Assembly (NCBI GenBank): GCA_963749495.1
Contig: CAVVMW010000022.1
Coordinates: 384,001-448,000 of the forward strand
Direction of reading: 5' to 3'
Length of the DNA: 64,000 nucleotides
Origin: an uncultured bacterium
Lineage (GTDB): Bacteria > Verrucomicrobiota > Verrucomicrobiia > Limisphaerales > UBA8199
Shown here one piece after another: positions 28,762-37,676 of this stretch; within the stretch, counting starts at the first letter, position 1, and each line of letters begins with the position of its first letter. The notes beneath the pieces were generated by a model. The model was given only the letters and a program-made list of their open reading frames with translations. It was not told where the DNA came from and searched no databases. The translations under genes were made by a program, and so were the position numbers.

Positions 28762-30180
28762 ATGGCAAGGCGACACTCAGGACTGCTTTCTCTATTTCTG
28801 GCGGCGGCTGCGGCGGGCTGCTGGACGGGGGCGCGAGCGGCCACGCCACTCCAGATTACAGAGTTCGGCGGCACGGCCGACGGCCTGATGCTCGGCTGGC
28901 AGGAGCCCGCCCCAGGCGTTGCCTACACCGTGCAATTCCAGGACACGCTCCAGGACGGGATCTGGCGCATCCCGGCAGCGTTCGGCCCGTTCCCATTGGA
29001 CTCGACCCGGTGGCTCGATGCCTGGAGCACTAACACGAGCCGGTTTTACCGCGTTCTCGCCGTGCCGGCCGCCCAGCGCGGGGAGGTGATCTCCGCCACG
29101 TTCAACAGCCGGCTCACAGCCTCGTCCCTGTCACTCCTTTTCGCCTTGGGCGGCATTCCCATCACGCCGCAATACGACGTAGCCCTTTACAAGGTCGTCT
29201 ATGAGACCATTACGCCCCTGGGGGCGCGCACGGTCGCCTCGGGCGCGTTGGTCCTGCCCGAGAACGCGCCGGGTCCCCTGCCGCTGGTCAGCTACCAGCA
29301 CGGCACACTCACGCAGACCAACTCGGCCCCGTCCTCGATGGACCTCACGGGCGAGGTCACGATCGGCGTCGCCTTCGCCAGCACCGGTTACGCCGCCGCG
29401 GTGCCTGACTACCTGGGCCTGGGCGACTCACCCGGCTTGCACCCGTATCACCACGCCCGCTCCGAGGCCACCGCGTGCGTCGATATGCTCCGGGCCGCCA
29501 GGACCGTCTGCGCCACGAACGGGATTACCCTCAAAGACCGCCTGTTTCTGTGCGGCTACTCCGAAGGCGGCCACGCGACCATGGCGCTGCTCCGCGAATT
29601 GGAGACCTTTCACGCCGGCGAATTCACCGTGACCGCCTGCGCGCCCATGGCCGGCGCCTACGACCTCTCGGGCGTCACCACCGACGATTTCCTCACCAAC
29701 CGCTTCGCCCCCAATCCTTACTATTTCCTTTACCTGCTGGCGGCCTACCAGGAGGTCTATCAATTGGCCCCGAGCCTCGCCGACCTGCTGGCGGCGCCTT
29801 ACGACACGACCTTGCCGCCGGCGCTCGGGGGCAATTACAGCGGCGGCCAGATCAACGCCCTGATGCCCACCAACAACATCGTTCAGATCCTCAGGCCTGA
29901 CTACCTGGCTGGCTTTCGCGCCAACCCGCGTCATCCCCTGCGCCTGGCCCTCCAGGACAATGACCTCTATCGCTGGACGCCACGCGCCCCGATGCAGCTC
30001 TACCAATGCTCGGGCGACCAGGATGTGGACCCCGCCAACGCGCAGATCGCCCTGGCGTCGTTCCACGCGCTGGGCGCAACCCAGGTCTCGCTCATCGATC
30101 CTGAGGCTGGCGCCAACCACACCGGGTGCGCACTGCCCAGCCTGGAGGGTGCCAAGCTCTGGTTTGACTCGCTGCGGTAG
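28762..30180 (+). CDS. Secreted lipase-like alpha/beta hydrolase (LIP/CalA-like) with N-terminal FYR module
   Basis: Signal peptide; LVSYQHGT, PDYLGLG, nucleophile GYSEGG, PMAGAYDL, GDQDV, ANH. Confidence 0.82.
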   Translation: MARRHSGLLSLFLAAAAAGCWTGARAATPLQITEFGGTADGLMLGWQEPAPGVAYTVQFQDTLQDGIWRIPAAFGPFPLDSTRWLDAWSTNTSRFYRVLAVPAAQRGEVISATFNSRLTASSLSLLFALGGIPITPQYDVALYKVVYETITPLGARTVASGALVLPENAPGPLPLVSYQHGTLTQTNSAPSSMDLTGEVTIGVAFASTGYAAAVPDYLGLGDSPGLHPYHHARSEATACVDMLRAARTVCATNGITLKDRLFLCGYSEGGHATMALLRELETFHAGEFTVTACAPMAGAYDLSGVTTDDFLTNRFAPNPYYFLYLLAAYQEVYQLAPSLADLLAAPYDTTLPPALGGNYSGGQINALMPTNNIVQILRPDYLAGFRANPRHPLRLALQDNDLYRWTPRAPMQLYQCSGDQDVDPANAQIALASFHALGATQVSLIDPEAGANHTGCALPSLEGAKLWFDSLR

Positions 30181-30204
30181 CGCAGCGCAAGGAAGGAGCA
30201 CGGG

Positions 30205-30504
30205 ATGCAACTCCAGCACTCTCAGGGTGAATTCGATTTCGACCGGGGCGGGACCGAGCAGGGTTATGTCCGCTGGCTTGGTGTGAGGAAAACAACGGCG
30301 TCAGACTTGGCCAGGCGCATGGGCCTGCCTCTGGGCCACCAGGTCGAAGTCTGGCTCTGCGGGGGCGTGCGCCTGCGCGGGACGCTGCGCCTGCAGGAGG
30401 AACTGCTCCTCATCGAAGAGGAACGCGTCCGGCACCTGGAGTTGGTGGTCGACAACGTGCCCTTCGCCTACCGCGAGATAGAATCTTGCGTGAGGATGGA
30501 CTAG
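30205..30504 (+). CDS. Hypothetical protein (99 aa)
   Basis: AAGGAG RBS, plausible beta-rich sequence, fills the intergenic gap. Confidence 0.6.
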   Translation: MQLQHSQGEFDFDRGGTEQGYVRWLGVRKTTASDLARRMGLPLGHQVEVWLCGGVRLRGTLRLQEELLLIEEERVRHLELVVDNVPFAYREIESCVRMD

Positions 30505-30539
30505 CTGTGTTTTTGGGTTGCCTTGCCTTGGGGGATCGC

Positions 30540-30567
30540 GTAATACTTTATCCACCGGGCGTAATAC
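30540..30567. promoter_or_regulatory. Candidate NikR operator
   Basis: GTAATAC-N14-GTAATAC, a 28-bp GTA...TAC pseudo-palindrome 66 bp upstream of nikMN. Confidence 0.55.
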
Positions 30568-30633
30568 GCCTGGCGGGCAGGGCGCGGAGCGGCGCCCCGC
30601 CGGCCGGAACAGACAACCACAGACTCGACACGC

Positions 30634-31602
30634 GTGCATTTGCCGGACGGATTCCTGGACGCAAAGACGGCGCTGCTCTCGACCGGGGCGGCAGCCGCCG
30701 GGGTGGGCTTGGCCCTCCGCCAGGTGCGCGCGGCGCTGGAGCCCAGGCAGATGCCGATGCTGGGGCTGGCGGCCGCTTTCGTCTTTGCGGCGCAGATGCT
30801 CAATTTTCCCGTGGGCGGCGGCACCTCCGGGCACCTCCTGGGGGGCGTGCTGACGGCGGTGCTCCTGGGCCCGGCGGCGGCGGTGCTGGTGATGACGTGC
30901 GTCCTGGTCGTGCAATGCCTGATGTTCAACGACGGCGGCTTGCTGGCGCTGGGGGCAAACGTCTTCAACATGGCGATTGTCAACACCTGCGGCGGCTACC
31001 TGGTGTTCAGGCTGGTCAAGGGCCTGGCCCCGATGGAGGAGAACCGGGCGACGGTGTTTGGGGCGGGATTTGGGGGCTGGTGCGGCACGGTGCTGGCCTC
31101 GATGACCTGTGCCGGGCAGTTGGCCCTTTCGCACCAGTCTCCCTGGCCGGTGGCGTTTGCGGCGATGGTGCTGGTCCACATGGTTATCGGCGTAGGGGAG
31201 GGGCTGGCGACGGCCTTGATTGCCGCGGCGGTGTTGCGGGGGCGGCCGCAGTTGGTGGGTGGCGCGGGTGATAAACCGGGCGCGGGCCGCCTCGGTTTCC
31301 TGGCTTACGGCCTGCTCGTTTCGCTGGGCCTGGCCCTGTTCGTGGCGCCGTTCGCGTGCCCATGGCCGGATGGGCTCGAGGCGGTGGCGCGCCGCCTCGG
31401 TTTTGCAGGCCAGGCCGCGCAGCCGCTCCTCCGGGCGCCCGCAAGCGACTATCGTCTGCCTTGGGTTGGCTCGCCGTCGGTGGCCACAGCGATGGCGGGA
31501 GTCATCGGGACACTCCTGGCCTTCGTCGCAGCCTATTTGCTGGCGAGGCTCCTGGCCCCGGCCCTGCGCGCCCGCAAACAAGATGCGCCCTCCGGGAACT
31601 GA
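30634..31602 (+). CDS. nikMN: ECF Ni/Co transporter S component, NikMN-type fusion (CbiM domain plus PDGLE domain)
   Basis: N-terminal MHLPDGFL (GTG start), GTSGHLLGG, DGGLLALGAN, HMVIGVGEG, WPDGLE. Confidence 0.88.
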   Translation: MHLPDGFLDAKTALLSTGAAAAGVGLALRQVRAALEPRQMPMLGLAAAFVFAAQMLNFPVGGGTSGHLLGGVLTAVLLGPAAAVLVMTCVLVVQCLMFNDGGLLALGANVFNMAIVNTCGGYLVFRLVKGLAPMEENRATVFGAGFGGWCGTVLASMTCAGQLALSHQSPWPVAFAAMVLVHMVIGVGEGLATALIAAAVLRGRPQLVGGAGDKPGAGRLGFLAYGLLVSLGLALFVAPFACPWPDGLEAVARRLGFAGQAAQPLLRAPASDYRLPWVGSPSVATAMAGVIGTLLAFVAAYLLARLLAPALRARKQDAPSGN

Positions 31603-31620
31603 ACCCGGAAGCGGCAGTGC

Positions 31621-31743
31621 AACCACGGATGAACACGGATGAACACAGATTTACAGTGGAAACGAAACCTGGGCCCTTCCCCAACAACCTGGGGCCATGG
31701 GACAATTTCTAAAATCCGTGTCTATCCGTGTCCATCAGTGGTT
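31621..31743. repeat. Inverted decamer arrays (AACACGGATG)x3 / (ATCCGTGTCY)x3
   Basis: Read directly. The right arm overlaps the apparent start of the T-component ORF. Confidence 0.82.
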
Positions 31744-32359
31744 GAGAAACCTCCACGGCCCGACTCAGTCTGAGGCCCGCCGCCGCTCCCGCCTTGCCCG
31801 GGTTTCGCCGCGGCTCAAGCTGGGCGCCGCGCTGCTGCTCGTCACGGGCACGGCCCTGCTGCCCCGCAGGCCCGACGGGCTTTACCTGCTCCCCGCGGCG
31901 GCCCTGGCGGGCGTGTGGCTGGCGAGCCGGATGCCGATCCTTCACGCCCTGGGCCGCCTGCTCGTCGCCCAGTTCTTCATCCTCGGCATCGCCCTCATGT
32001 CGCTGCTCTCGCCCGGGGGCGTGCCGGTCTTCCTGGCGGCCGTCGCCAAGAGCAACCTCTGCATCCTGGCCCTGCTCCTGCTCGCCTGGACCACGCCGTT
32101 CCCCGAGCTCCTCCAGGCCCTCCGGCGCCTGCGGCTGCCGCCGGTGATGCTAACCACCCTGGCCCTGATGTATCGTTACCTGCCGGTCCTGGCTGAGGAG
32201 GCGCGGCGAATGGAACGTGCCCGCGCCAGCCGCACCTTTTGCCGCAGCCGCCGCGTGGCATGGCAACAGCTCGGCGCCATTGTCGGACATCTCTTTGTCC
32301 GGACCGCCGACCGCGCGGAGCGGATTTACCTGGCCATGTGCGCAAGGGGGTGGAGATGA
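31697..32359 (+). CDS. cbiQ: ECF transporter T component (CbiQ/NikQ)
   Basis: PRLKL, TTPFPELLQALRRLRLP, MYRYLPVLAEEARRMERARASR, RAERIYLAMCARGW. Start is uncertain. Confidence 0.88.
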   Translation: MGQFLKSVSIRVHQWLRNLHGPTQSEARRRSRLARVSPRLKLGAALLLVTGTALLPRRPDGLYLLPAAALAGVWLASRMPILHALGRLLVAQFFILGIALMSLLSPGGVPVFLAAVAKSNLCILALLLLAWTTPFPELLQALRRLRLPPVMLTTLALMYRYLPVLAEEARRMERARASRTFCRSRRVAWQQLGAIVGHLFVRTADRAERIYLAMCARGWR

Positions 32360-32383
32360 GGACGCAGGGCGGAGGCTCCGAGG

Positions 32384-32456
32384 CGTCCGACCCGTCCGAC
32401 CCGTCCGACCCGTCCGACCAGCACAGGATGGAATGACGAATGACGAATGACGAATG
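32384..32456. repeat. Nonamer (CGTCCGACC)x4 followed by heptamer (GAATGAC)x3
   Basis: Read directly, inside the nik operon. Confidence 0.88.
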
Positions 32457-33252
32457 CATAGAACAGAGGACGGAGGGCGGAGGGGGGGCAGGGCAGGGGA
32501 GTGTGCCGGCGCTGAGTGTGAGTGACCTGTCCTATTGCTACCGGCCGGGCCGGCTGGTGCTGGACAAGATTTCTTTCGCGGTGGCACCGGGCGAGTGTCT
32601 CGGGGTCCTGGGGCCAAACGGCGCAGGCAAGTCCACGCTGCTGCTGCACTTGAACGGCCTGCTGCCCGAGCACCCGCCCAGGCAACCCAGCATCTGGGTC
32701 CAGAGCCAGCCGCTGGTGGCGGGCGCACTGGAGATCGTGCGCCAGCGCGTGGGCCTCCTGTTCCAGGACCCGGACGACCAGCTTATCTCGGCATCGGTCT
32801 TCGAAGATGTCGCCTTCGGCCCCCGGCAATTGGGCGTGGGCGGTCCCGAGTTGGACGCCCTGGTAGCAGGCTGCCTCGGGATGGTGGGCCTGCGGGGCTT
32901 TGAAGATCGCGCCCCCCACCGTCTCAGTCACGGCGAGAAGCGGCGCGTCTGTCTGGCGGGCGTTCTGGCCTGCAAACCGAGCGTGCTCGTGCTCGACGAG
33001 CCGACCAGCGACTTGGACCCGCGCGGGCGCCGGGAGTTCAAGGCCCTGCTGCGCTCGTTGCCGGGCGCAAAAATCATCGCCACCCACGACCTCGAACTGG
33101 TGGTCGACCTCTGCTCGCGCGCGCTCATCCTGGACGAAGGCCGGCTCGTCGCCGAGGGTCCAGCCATCCCGCTGCTCTCGGACGAGGAGTTGATGCTCGC
33201 CCACGGCCTGGAACGACCCCATAGCCTGCTCCACAGGCATCCGCACCGGTAG
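32440..33252 (+). CDS. cbiO: ECF transporter ATPase (CbiO/NikO)
   Basis: GPNGAGKST, VGLLFQDPDDQL, LSHGEKRRV, LDEPTSDLD, IATHDL. The true start may be GTG near 32502. Confidence 0.92.
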   Translation: MTNDECIEQRTEGGGGAGQGSVPALSVSDLSYCYRPGRLVLDKISFAVAPGECLGVLGPNGAGKSTLLLHLNGLLPEHPPRQPSIWVQSQPLVAGALEIVRQRVGLLFQDPDDQLISASVFEDVAFGPRQLGVGGPELDALVAGCLGMVGLRGFEDRAPHRLSHGEKRRVCLAGVLACKPSVLVLDEPTSDLDPRGRREFKALLRSLPGAKIIATHDLELVVDLCSRALILDEGRLVAEGPAIPLLSDEELMLAHGLERPHSLLHRHPHR

Positions 33253-33308
33253 GCCCCGCCATGTCGAACCGGGCATGGGGACCATGAACAGGAAGGGCGT
33301 CGGGTGGG

Positions 33309-33397
33309 CGCGAGAGCGTTTTGGACTGCGCCAGTCCTCTGGCGCCTTTCGGAGCCTGGGGACGCGAAAGCGCCAGAGGACTGGCGCAGTCCAAAAC
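33309..33397. repeat. REP family C doublet
   Basis: gcgttttggactgcgccagtcctctggcgc..gcgccagaggactggcgcagtccaaaac. Confidence 0.85.
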
Positions 33398-33537
33398 CTC
33401 CGGCCCTCTCGACGGTCAGGCGGCCATCCTGGGCCGCCACGCTCCCACACTCAGTGTTCTCCTGCTGCGCGTCCCTTGAGTGGGTTTCCTTTCCTAATTT
33501 CCTTTCCAGAGACGGTTTTTGCCGTAAGTTCCTGGCC

Positions 33538-34839
33538 GTGACCTTGAGCGAGCAAATGAGCGAGTTGGCCAGGCAGGCCAAGGCGGCGTCGCGCGCCCTG
33601 GCGAGGCTGACGACCGCGGAAAAGAACGGCTGCCTGCTGGCCATGGCCGGGGCGCTGGAGCGCGAGGCCGGGCTCATCCAGGCCGCCAACGCGCGCGATA
33701 TGGAGACCGGCGCCCGGATGGGCCTGACGGCCGCGATGCTCGACCGGCTCAGGCTGGACGAGCGGCGCATCGGCGGGATGGCCAAGGGCTTGCGCGAGGT
33801 CGCCGCGCTGCCCGACCCGGTCGGGCGGGTGCTCGATGAGCGTGTCCGTCCCAACGGGCTTAGGCTGCGGAAGGTCTCCACTCCCATCGGCGTGGTCGTC
33901 ATCATCTATGAATCGCGTCCGAACGTTACTGCGGATGCCGGGAGCCTCTGTTTCAAGTCGGGCAACGCCGTCATCCTGCGCGGGGGCAAGGAGGCCCTGA
34001 ACTCGAACCAGGCCATCGCCCGCACCCTCATCGCCGCCGGCCGCCAAGCGCTGCCCGCGTTTCCCGAGCACGCCATCCAGGTCGTCCCCACACCCGACCG
34101 CGAGGCGATCCGGGAACTGCTCGCCCTTACCCAATACGTGGACCTGTGCATGCCGCGGGGGGGCGAGGGCCTCATCCGGGCCGTCGCCGAATGCTCGAAG
34201 GTGCCTGTCATCAAGCATTACAAGGGCGTCTGCCACGTCTATGTTGATGCCGATGCGGACCTGGAGATGGCCGAGCAAATCGCGATGAACGCCAAGGTGC
34301 AGCGCCCGGCCGTCTGCAATGCCATGGAGACGCTGCTGGTGGACCGGGCCGTCGCGTCCCGGTTCCTGCCCGCCATCGCCCGCAGGCTCGCCGAGAAAGG
34401 CGTCGAGGTGCGCGCCGACCCCATCGCGCTGAGCCTCCTGGCGCCCAAGCCCTCGGCCCAGCCCGGCCCTTCACCCGTGCTCAAGCTCAAGCCTGCCGCC
34501 GAGGGGGACTTTTTCAACGAGTACAACGACTACATCCTCAACGTGCGGGTGGTGGATGGGCTCCGGCAGGCCATCGACCACATCAACCATTACGGCTCGG
34601 CCCATTCGGACAGCATCGTGACGCGCAACGAGTCCCGCGCGCAGCAATTCCTCAACGAAGTGGACTCCGCCGCCGTTTATTGGAATGCCTCGACGCGGTT
34701 CACCGACGGCGGCGAGTTCGGCATGGGGGCCGAGATCGGCATCAGCACCGACAAGGTTGGCGCCCGCGGCCCGATGGGTCTCCAGGAGTTGACAACCTAC
34801 AAATGGCTGGGCATCGGGTGCGGCCAGGTGCGGACATGA
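33538..34839 (+). CDS. proA: Gamma-glutamyl phosphate reductase
   Basis: IYESRPNVT, KSGNAVILRGGKEA, PRGGEGLI, VCNAMETLL, NASTRFTDGGEFGMGAEIGIST, ARGPMGL. Confidence 0.96.
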   Translation: MTLSEQMSELARQAKAASRALARLTTAEKNGCLLAMAGALEREAGLIQAANARDMETGARMGLTAAMLDRLRLDERRIGGMAKGLREVAALPDPVGRVLDERVRPNGLRLRKVSTPIGVVVIIYESRPNVTADAGSLCFKSGNAVILRGGKEALNSNQAIARTLIAAGRQALPAFPEHAIQVVPTPDREAIRELLALTQYVDLCMPRGGEGLIRAVAECSKVPVIKHYKGVCHVYVDADADLEMAEQIAMNAKVQRPAVCNAMETLLVDRAVASRFLPAIARRLAEKGVEVRADPIALSLLAPKPSAQPGPSPVLKLKPAAEGDFFNEYNDYILNVRVVDGLRQAIDHINHYGSAHSDSIVTRNESRAQQFLNEVDSAAVYWNASTRFTDGGEFGMGAEIGISTDKVGARGPMGLQELTTYKWLGIGCGQVRT

Positions 34840-34967
34840 TGGATCCGTAGTCACCCGTGTTAAAGTTCCCGGAGTTCGTTCGGCCAAATCCAATCAAATA
34901 GGTTCCCTTATGTTTGGGATTGAGGCGGAGGCTCCTGTTGTGGCGCCGGGCAGGACCAAGGATGAAT

Positions 34968-35050
34968 CGCGCTTTCAGCGCTCCAGATGATTATCCGCGG
35001 ATGTTCCCAGGGCGTTGCCCTGGGCTGGTATGAGGGACGCCGTTGGCGTC
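34968..35050. repeat. Half REPIN (family F-like)
   Basis: cgcgctttcagcgc..cccagggcgttgccctgggctgg..gacgccgttggcgtc. Confidence 0.65.
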
Positions 35051-35166
35051 CAGAGCACCCACCGCCCCTTCCATCGTGCATGCGGAGAATTCTATCGTGC
35101 GCCCCTGAGGTTTCTTGGGGCCAAAGCGAACTTGCCCCGCAGGCTCCGGTAGCCTACTCTCTGGTC

Positions 35167-35385
35167 ATGGTTATCGTCAGATTTCCAGACGAAGCGACGC
35201 TCAAGAGAGCCCTGTCCTTTCTGATCGGCCGATACTCGGGCCATTCGTGGGCAACCGGCGAGGTTGCCATTCCCGAAGAAGCATTGGCGCCGATGGCCTC
35301 GGAGGGGATCACTTTCACCGTCGAAGGACGCGCCACTCATGAGCGCATATTGTCGCTTCGAAATACTCCTGCCGTTGCAGTATAA
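35167..35385 (+). CDS. Small hypothetical protein (72 aa)
   Basis: MVIVRFPDEATLKRALSFL...; overlaps the next gene by 47 nt; lower-GC patch. Confidence 0.6.
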   Translation: MVIVRFPDEATLKRALSFLIGRYSGHSWATGEVAIPEEALAPMASEGITFTVEGRATHERILSLRNTPAVAV

Positions 35386-35656
35386 CGACGGCCGCCCCGT
35401 TCCGCGCGAGATCCTGGCGGAGACCGCCATCGAGGTTCAGCGCCGGTTCGGTGGAGTCTCCTGGGAATCGCAGGTGATTGAGGGCATTTGGCAACGCGGG
35501 GGCGTGGAGTATCGCGACAACCTGAACCGTTTTTTCGTTGATACTCAGGATACGCCGGAAAACAGGCGCTTTTTTACGGAGCTAAAGGCCCGGTTGAAAG
35601 CGCGCCTCGAACAATTGGACGTATGGCTGACTGTCCATCCTATTGAAGTGCTTTGA
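35339..35656 (+). CDS. Small hypothetical protein (105 aa), possibly ferredoxin-like fold
   Basis: RFEILLPLQYNDGRPVP..RFGGVS..GIW..YRD..LKARLEQ. Confidence 0.7.
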   Translation: MSAYCRFEILLPLQYNDGRPVPREILAETAIEVQRRFGGVSWESQVIEGIWQRGGVEYRDNLNRFFVDTQDTPENRRFFTELKARLKARLEQLDVWLTVHPIEVL

Positions 35657-37011
35657 AGTCCGGGTTCCCGTTGATTATGCTGGCGCCTGCGACAGACCTC
35701 TCCGAGGCCGAGCGCGCCCGGTTGGTGCGCCAGCGCCTGCCAGCGGGGGGCCTGTTCGCCGGGCACGAGTGGCGCATCTCACCTGAGCCGTTTCCGCTCG
35801 CGCCTGCGCTGGTCCAAGACATCGAGTCGCTCGGGCGCGTGCTGCTCCAGTTCTATCGCGCGGTCAATCTGCTCTACCGGAGGAGCGCCGAGGGCAAGCA
35901 ACCCGAATGGGTCGCGCGCTGGCTGGACCAGGGCAAGCCTGCCGGCCTGATCAGGCTGCAGCGCCTGGCTGCCTTCAAGAACCAGGTGCCGCGCGTCATC
36001 CGCCCCGACCTCCTCATCACCGAGGAGGGCATGAGCGTGACCGAATTGGACTCAGTGCCCGGCGGCATCGGCCTGACGGCGTGGCTCAACCGCACCTACT
36101 CGGACCTGGGCGGCGCAGTCCTGGGCGGGTCCGAGGGGATGCTGCGCGGATTTGCCGGCATCTTCGGCGATGCCCCGGCGGTGCACATCGTCGTCTCCGA
36201 AGAGGCCGCCACTTACCGGCCCGAGATGGCCTGGATGGCGGCCAACCTCGACCCGTCCCGGTTCAAGGTCCAGGACGCACGCTTCACGGGGGTTGGCGAT
36301 GGCGACGCGGTCTATCGTTTCTTCGAGTTGTTCGATCTCGACAATGTGCCGGCGGCCAAGACCATCTTCGACCTCGCCGCCTCCAGGCGCATCCTGCTCA
36401 CCCCGCCCCCCAAGCCGCTGTTCGAGGAGAAGATGCTCTTTGCCCTGCTGTGGAACCGCAACCTGCAGGAGTTCTGGCGTCAGGAGCTGGGCCAGGGCTT
36501 TTTCAAACGGCTTCTGGGGCTGGTGCCTTACACCTGGCTGGTTGACCCCGCCCCGTTGCCGCCCCATGGCGCAATCCCGGAGTTGAACCTGACCGATTGG
36601 CGCCAGCTCAAGGGCCTCTCGCACAAAGAGCGCCACCTCATTCTAAAGGTCTCCGGTTTCTCGCCCCATGCCTGGGGCGCCCGCGGAGTCTATCTTGGCT
36701 CGGACCTCCCCCACGCGGACTGGGCCGCCGCGGTGGACGCCGCCCTGGCCGCGTTCGGCCGCACGCCCTGCGTGCTGCAGCGCTATCACAAGCCGGGTCT
36801 GGTCGAGGCCCGGTGGTTCGATTTCGGCCGCGGCGCGCTCATCCCCATCAAAGGCCGCGCCCGCCTCTGCCCTTACTATTTCGTCCTCGGAGAGTCCGAC
36901 GCCGCGCGCGCCCACCTGGGCGGCGTCCTGGCCACGATCTGCCCCGCCGACAAGAAGATCATCCACGGCATGACGGAGGCCATCTTCGCCCCGTGCGCTG
37001 CGCTGCAATGA
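35653..37011 (+). CDS. ATP-grasp-like (glutathionylspermidine synthase / circularly permuted type) protein
   Basis: IRPDLL..TELDSVPGGIG, EEKMLFALL, ILKVSG..WGARGV, VLQRY, RARLCPYY. Confidence 0.65.
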   Translation: MKSGFPLIMLAPATDLSEAERARLVRQRLPAGGLFAGHEWRISPEPFPLAPALVQDIESLGRVLLQFYRAVNLLYRRSAEGKQPEWVARWLDQGKPAGLIRLQRLAAFKNQVPRVIRPDLLITEEGMSVTELDSVPGGIGLTAWLNRTYSDLGGAVLGGSEGMLRGFAGIFGDAPAVHIVVSEEAATYRPEMAWMAANLDPSRFKVQDARFTGVGDGDAVYRFFELFDLDNVPAAKTIFDLAASRRILLTPPPKPLFEEKMLFALLWNRNLQEFWRQELGQGFFKRLLGLVPYTWLVDPAPLPPHGAIPELNLTDWRQLKGLSHKERHLILKVSGFSPHAWGARGVYLGSDLPHADWAAAVDAALAAFGRTPCVLQRYHKPGLVEARWFDFGRGALIPIKGRARLCPYYFVLGESDAARAHLGGVLATICPADKKIIHGMTEAIFAPCAALQ

Positions 37012-37674
37012 GCCTGCTCGAATACATCTTTCTGGCCTCCAGTTCGCTCTTTGTCATCGTTGACCCGCTGGCAACGGTGCCCGCCTTCCTGGCGATGACC
37101 CCAACCGACTCACCCGAGCAGCGCATCAAGATGGCCCGCTTGGCCTGTTGGATCACGGCGGGCGTTCTCATCGGGTTCTCGGCCGCCGGCAAGTGGATTT
37201 TCAGATACCTGGGCATCACCATGCCCGCCTTCCAGATCGCCGCCAGCATCGTCCTGTTCCTGGTTTCCCTCGATATGTTGCGCGCCCGCCGCTCCCGCGT
37301 CCATGAAACGTTCCGAAGAAACCGCCGCAGGCGCCGAAAAGACCGACATTGCCGTCGCGCCGCTGGCTATCCCGATGCTGGCTGGGCCGGGGGCCATCTC
37401 GACCGCCATCCTTCTCCACAACCAGGCCGCCGGCGCAGGCAGCCGCGCCCCGCTCTATATTGCGGCGCTCTATGTCTGCATCCTGGCCGTCTGCCTGGCC
37501 ACCTACATCATCCTGCGCCTCTCCGCCCGCGGCGCCCAATGGCTCAGCCCCATCGCCCTGAACATCACCGCCCGCATCATGGGCCTGCTCCTGGCCGCCG
37601 TCGCCATCCAGTTCATGCTCAACGCCCTCAACGAGATCAGCCCCGGCACATTCCCCAAACCCGCCTTCCCGTAG
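37008..37674 (+). CDS. MarC-family inner membrane protein, frameshifted near 37311
   Basis: LFVIVDPL, LGITMPAFQIA; then in the next frame PLAIPMLAGPGAI and RIMGLLLAAVAIQF. Confidence 0.88.
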
Positions 37675-37676
37675 CA

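Noticed and set aside
30505..30633. Cobalamin riboswitch upstream of the ECF operon
   Set aside because: The gap is short and lacks B12-box motifs. A NikR-like site fits better.
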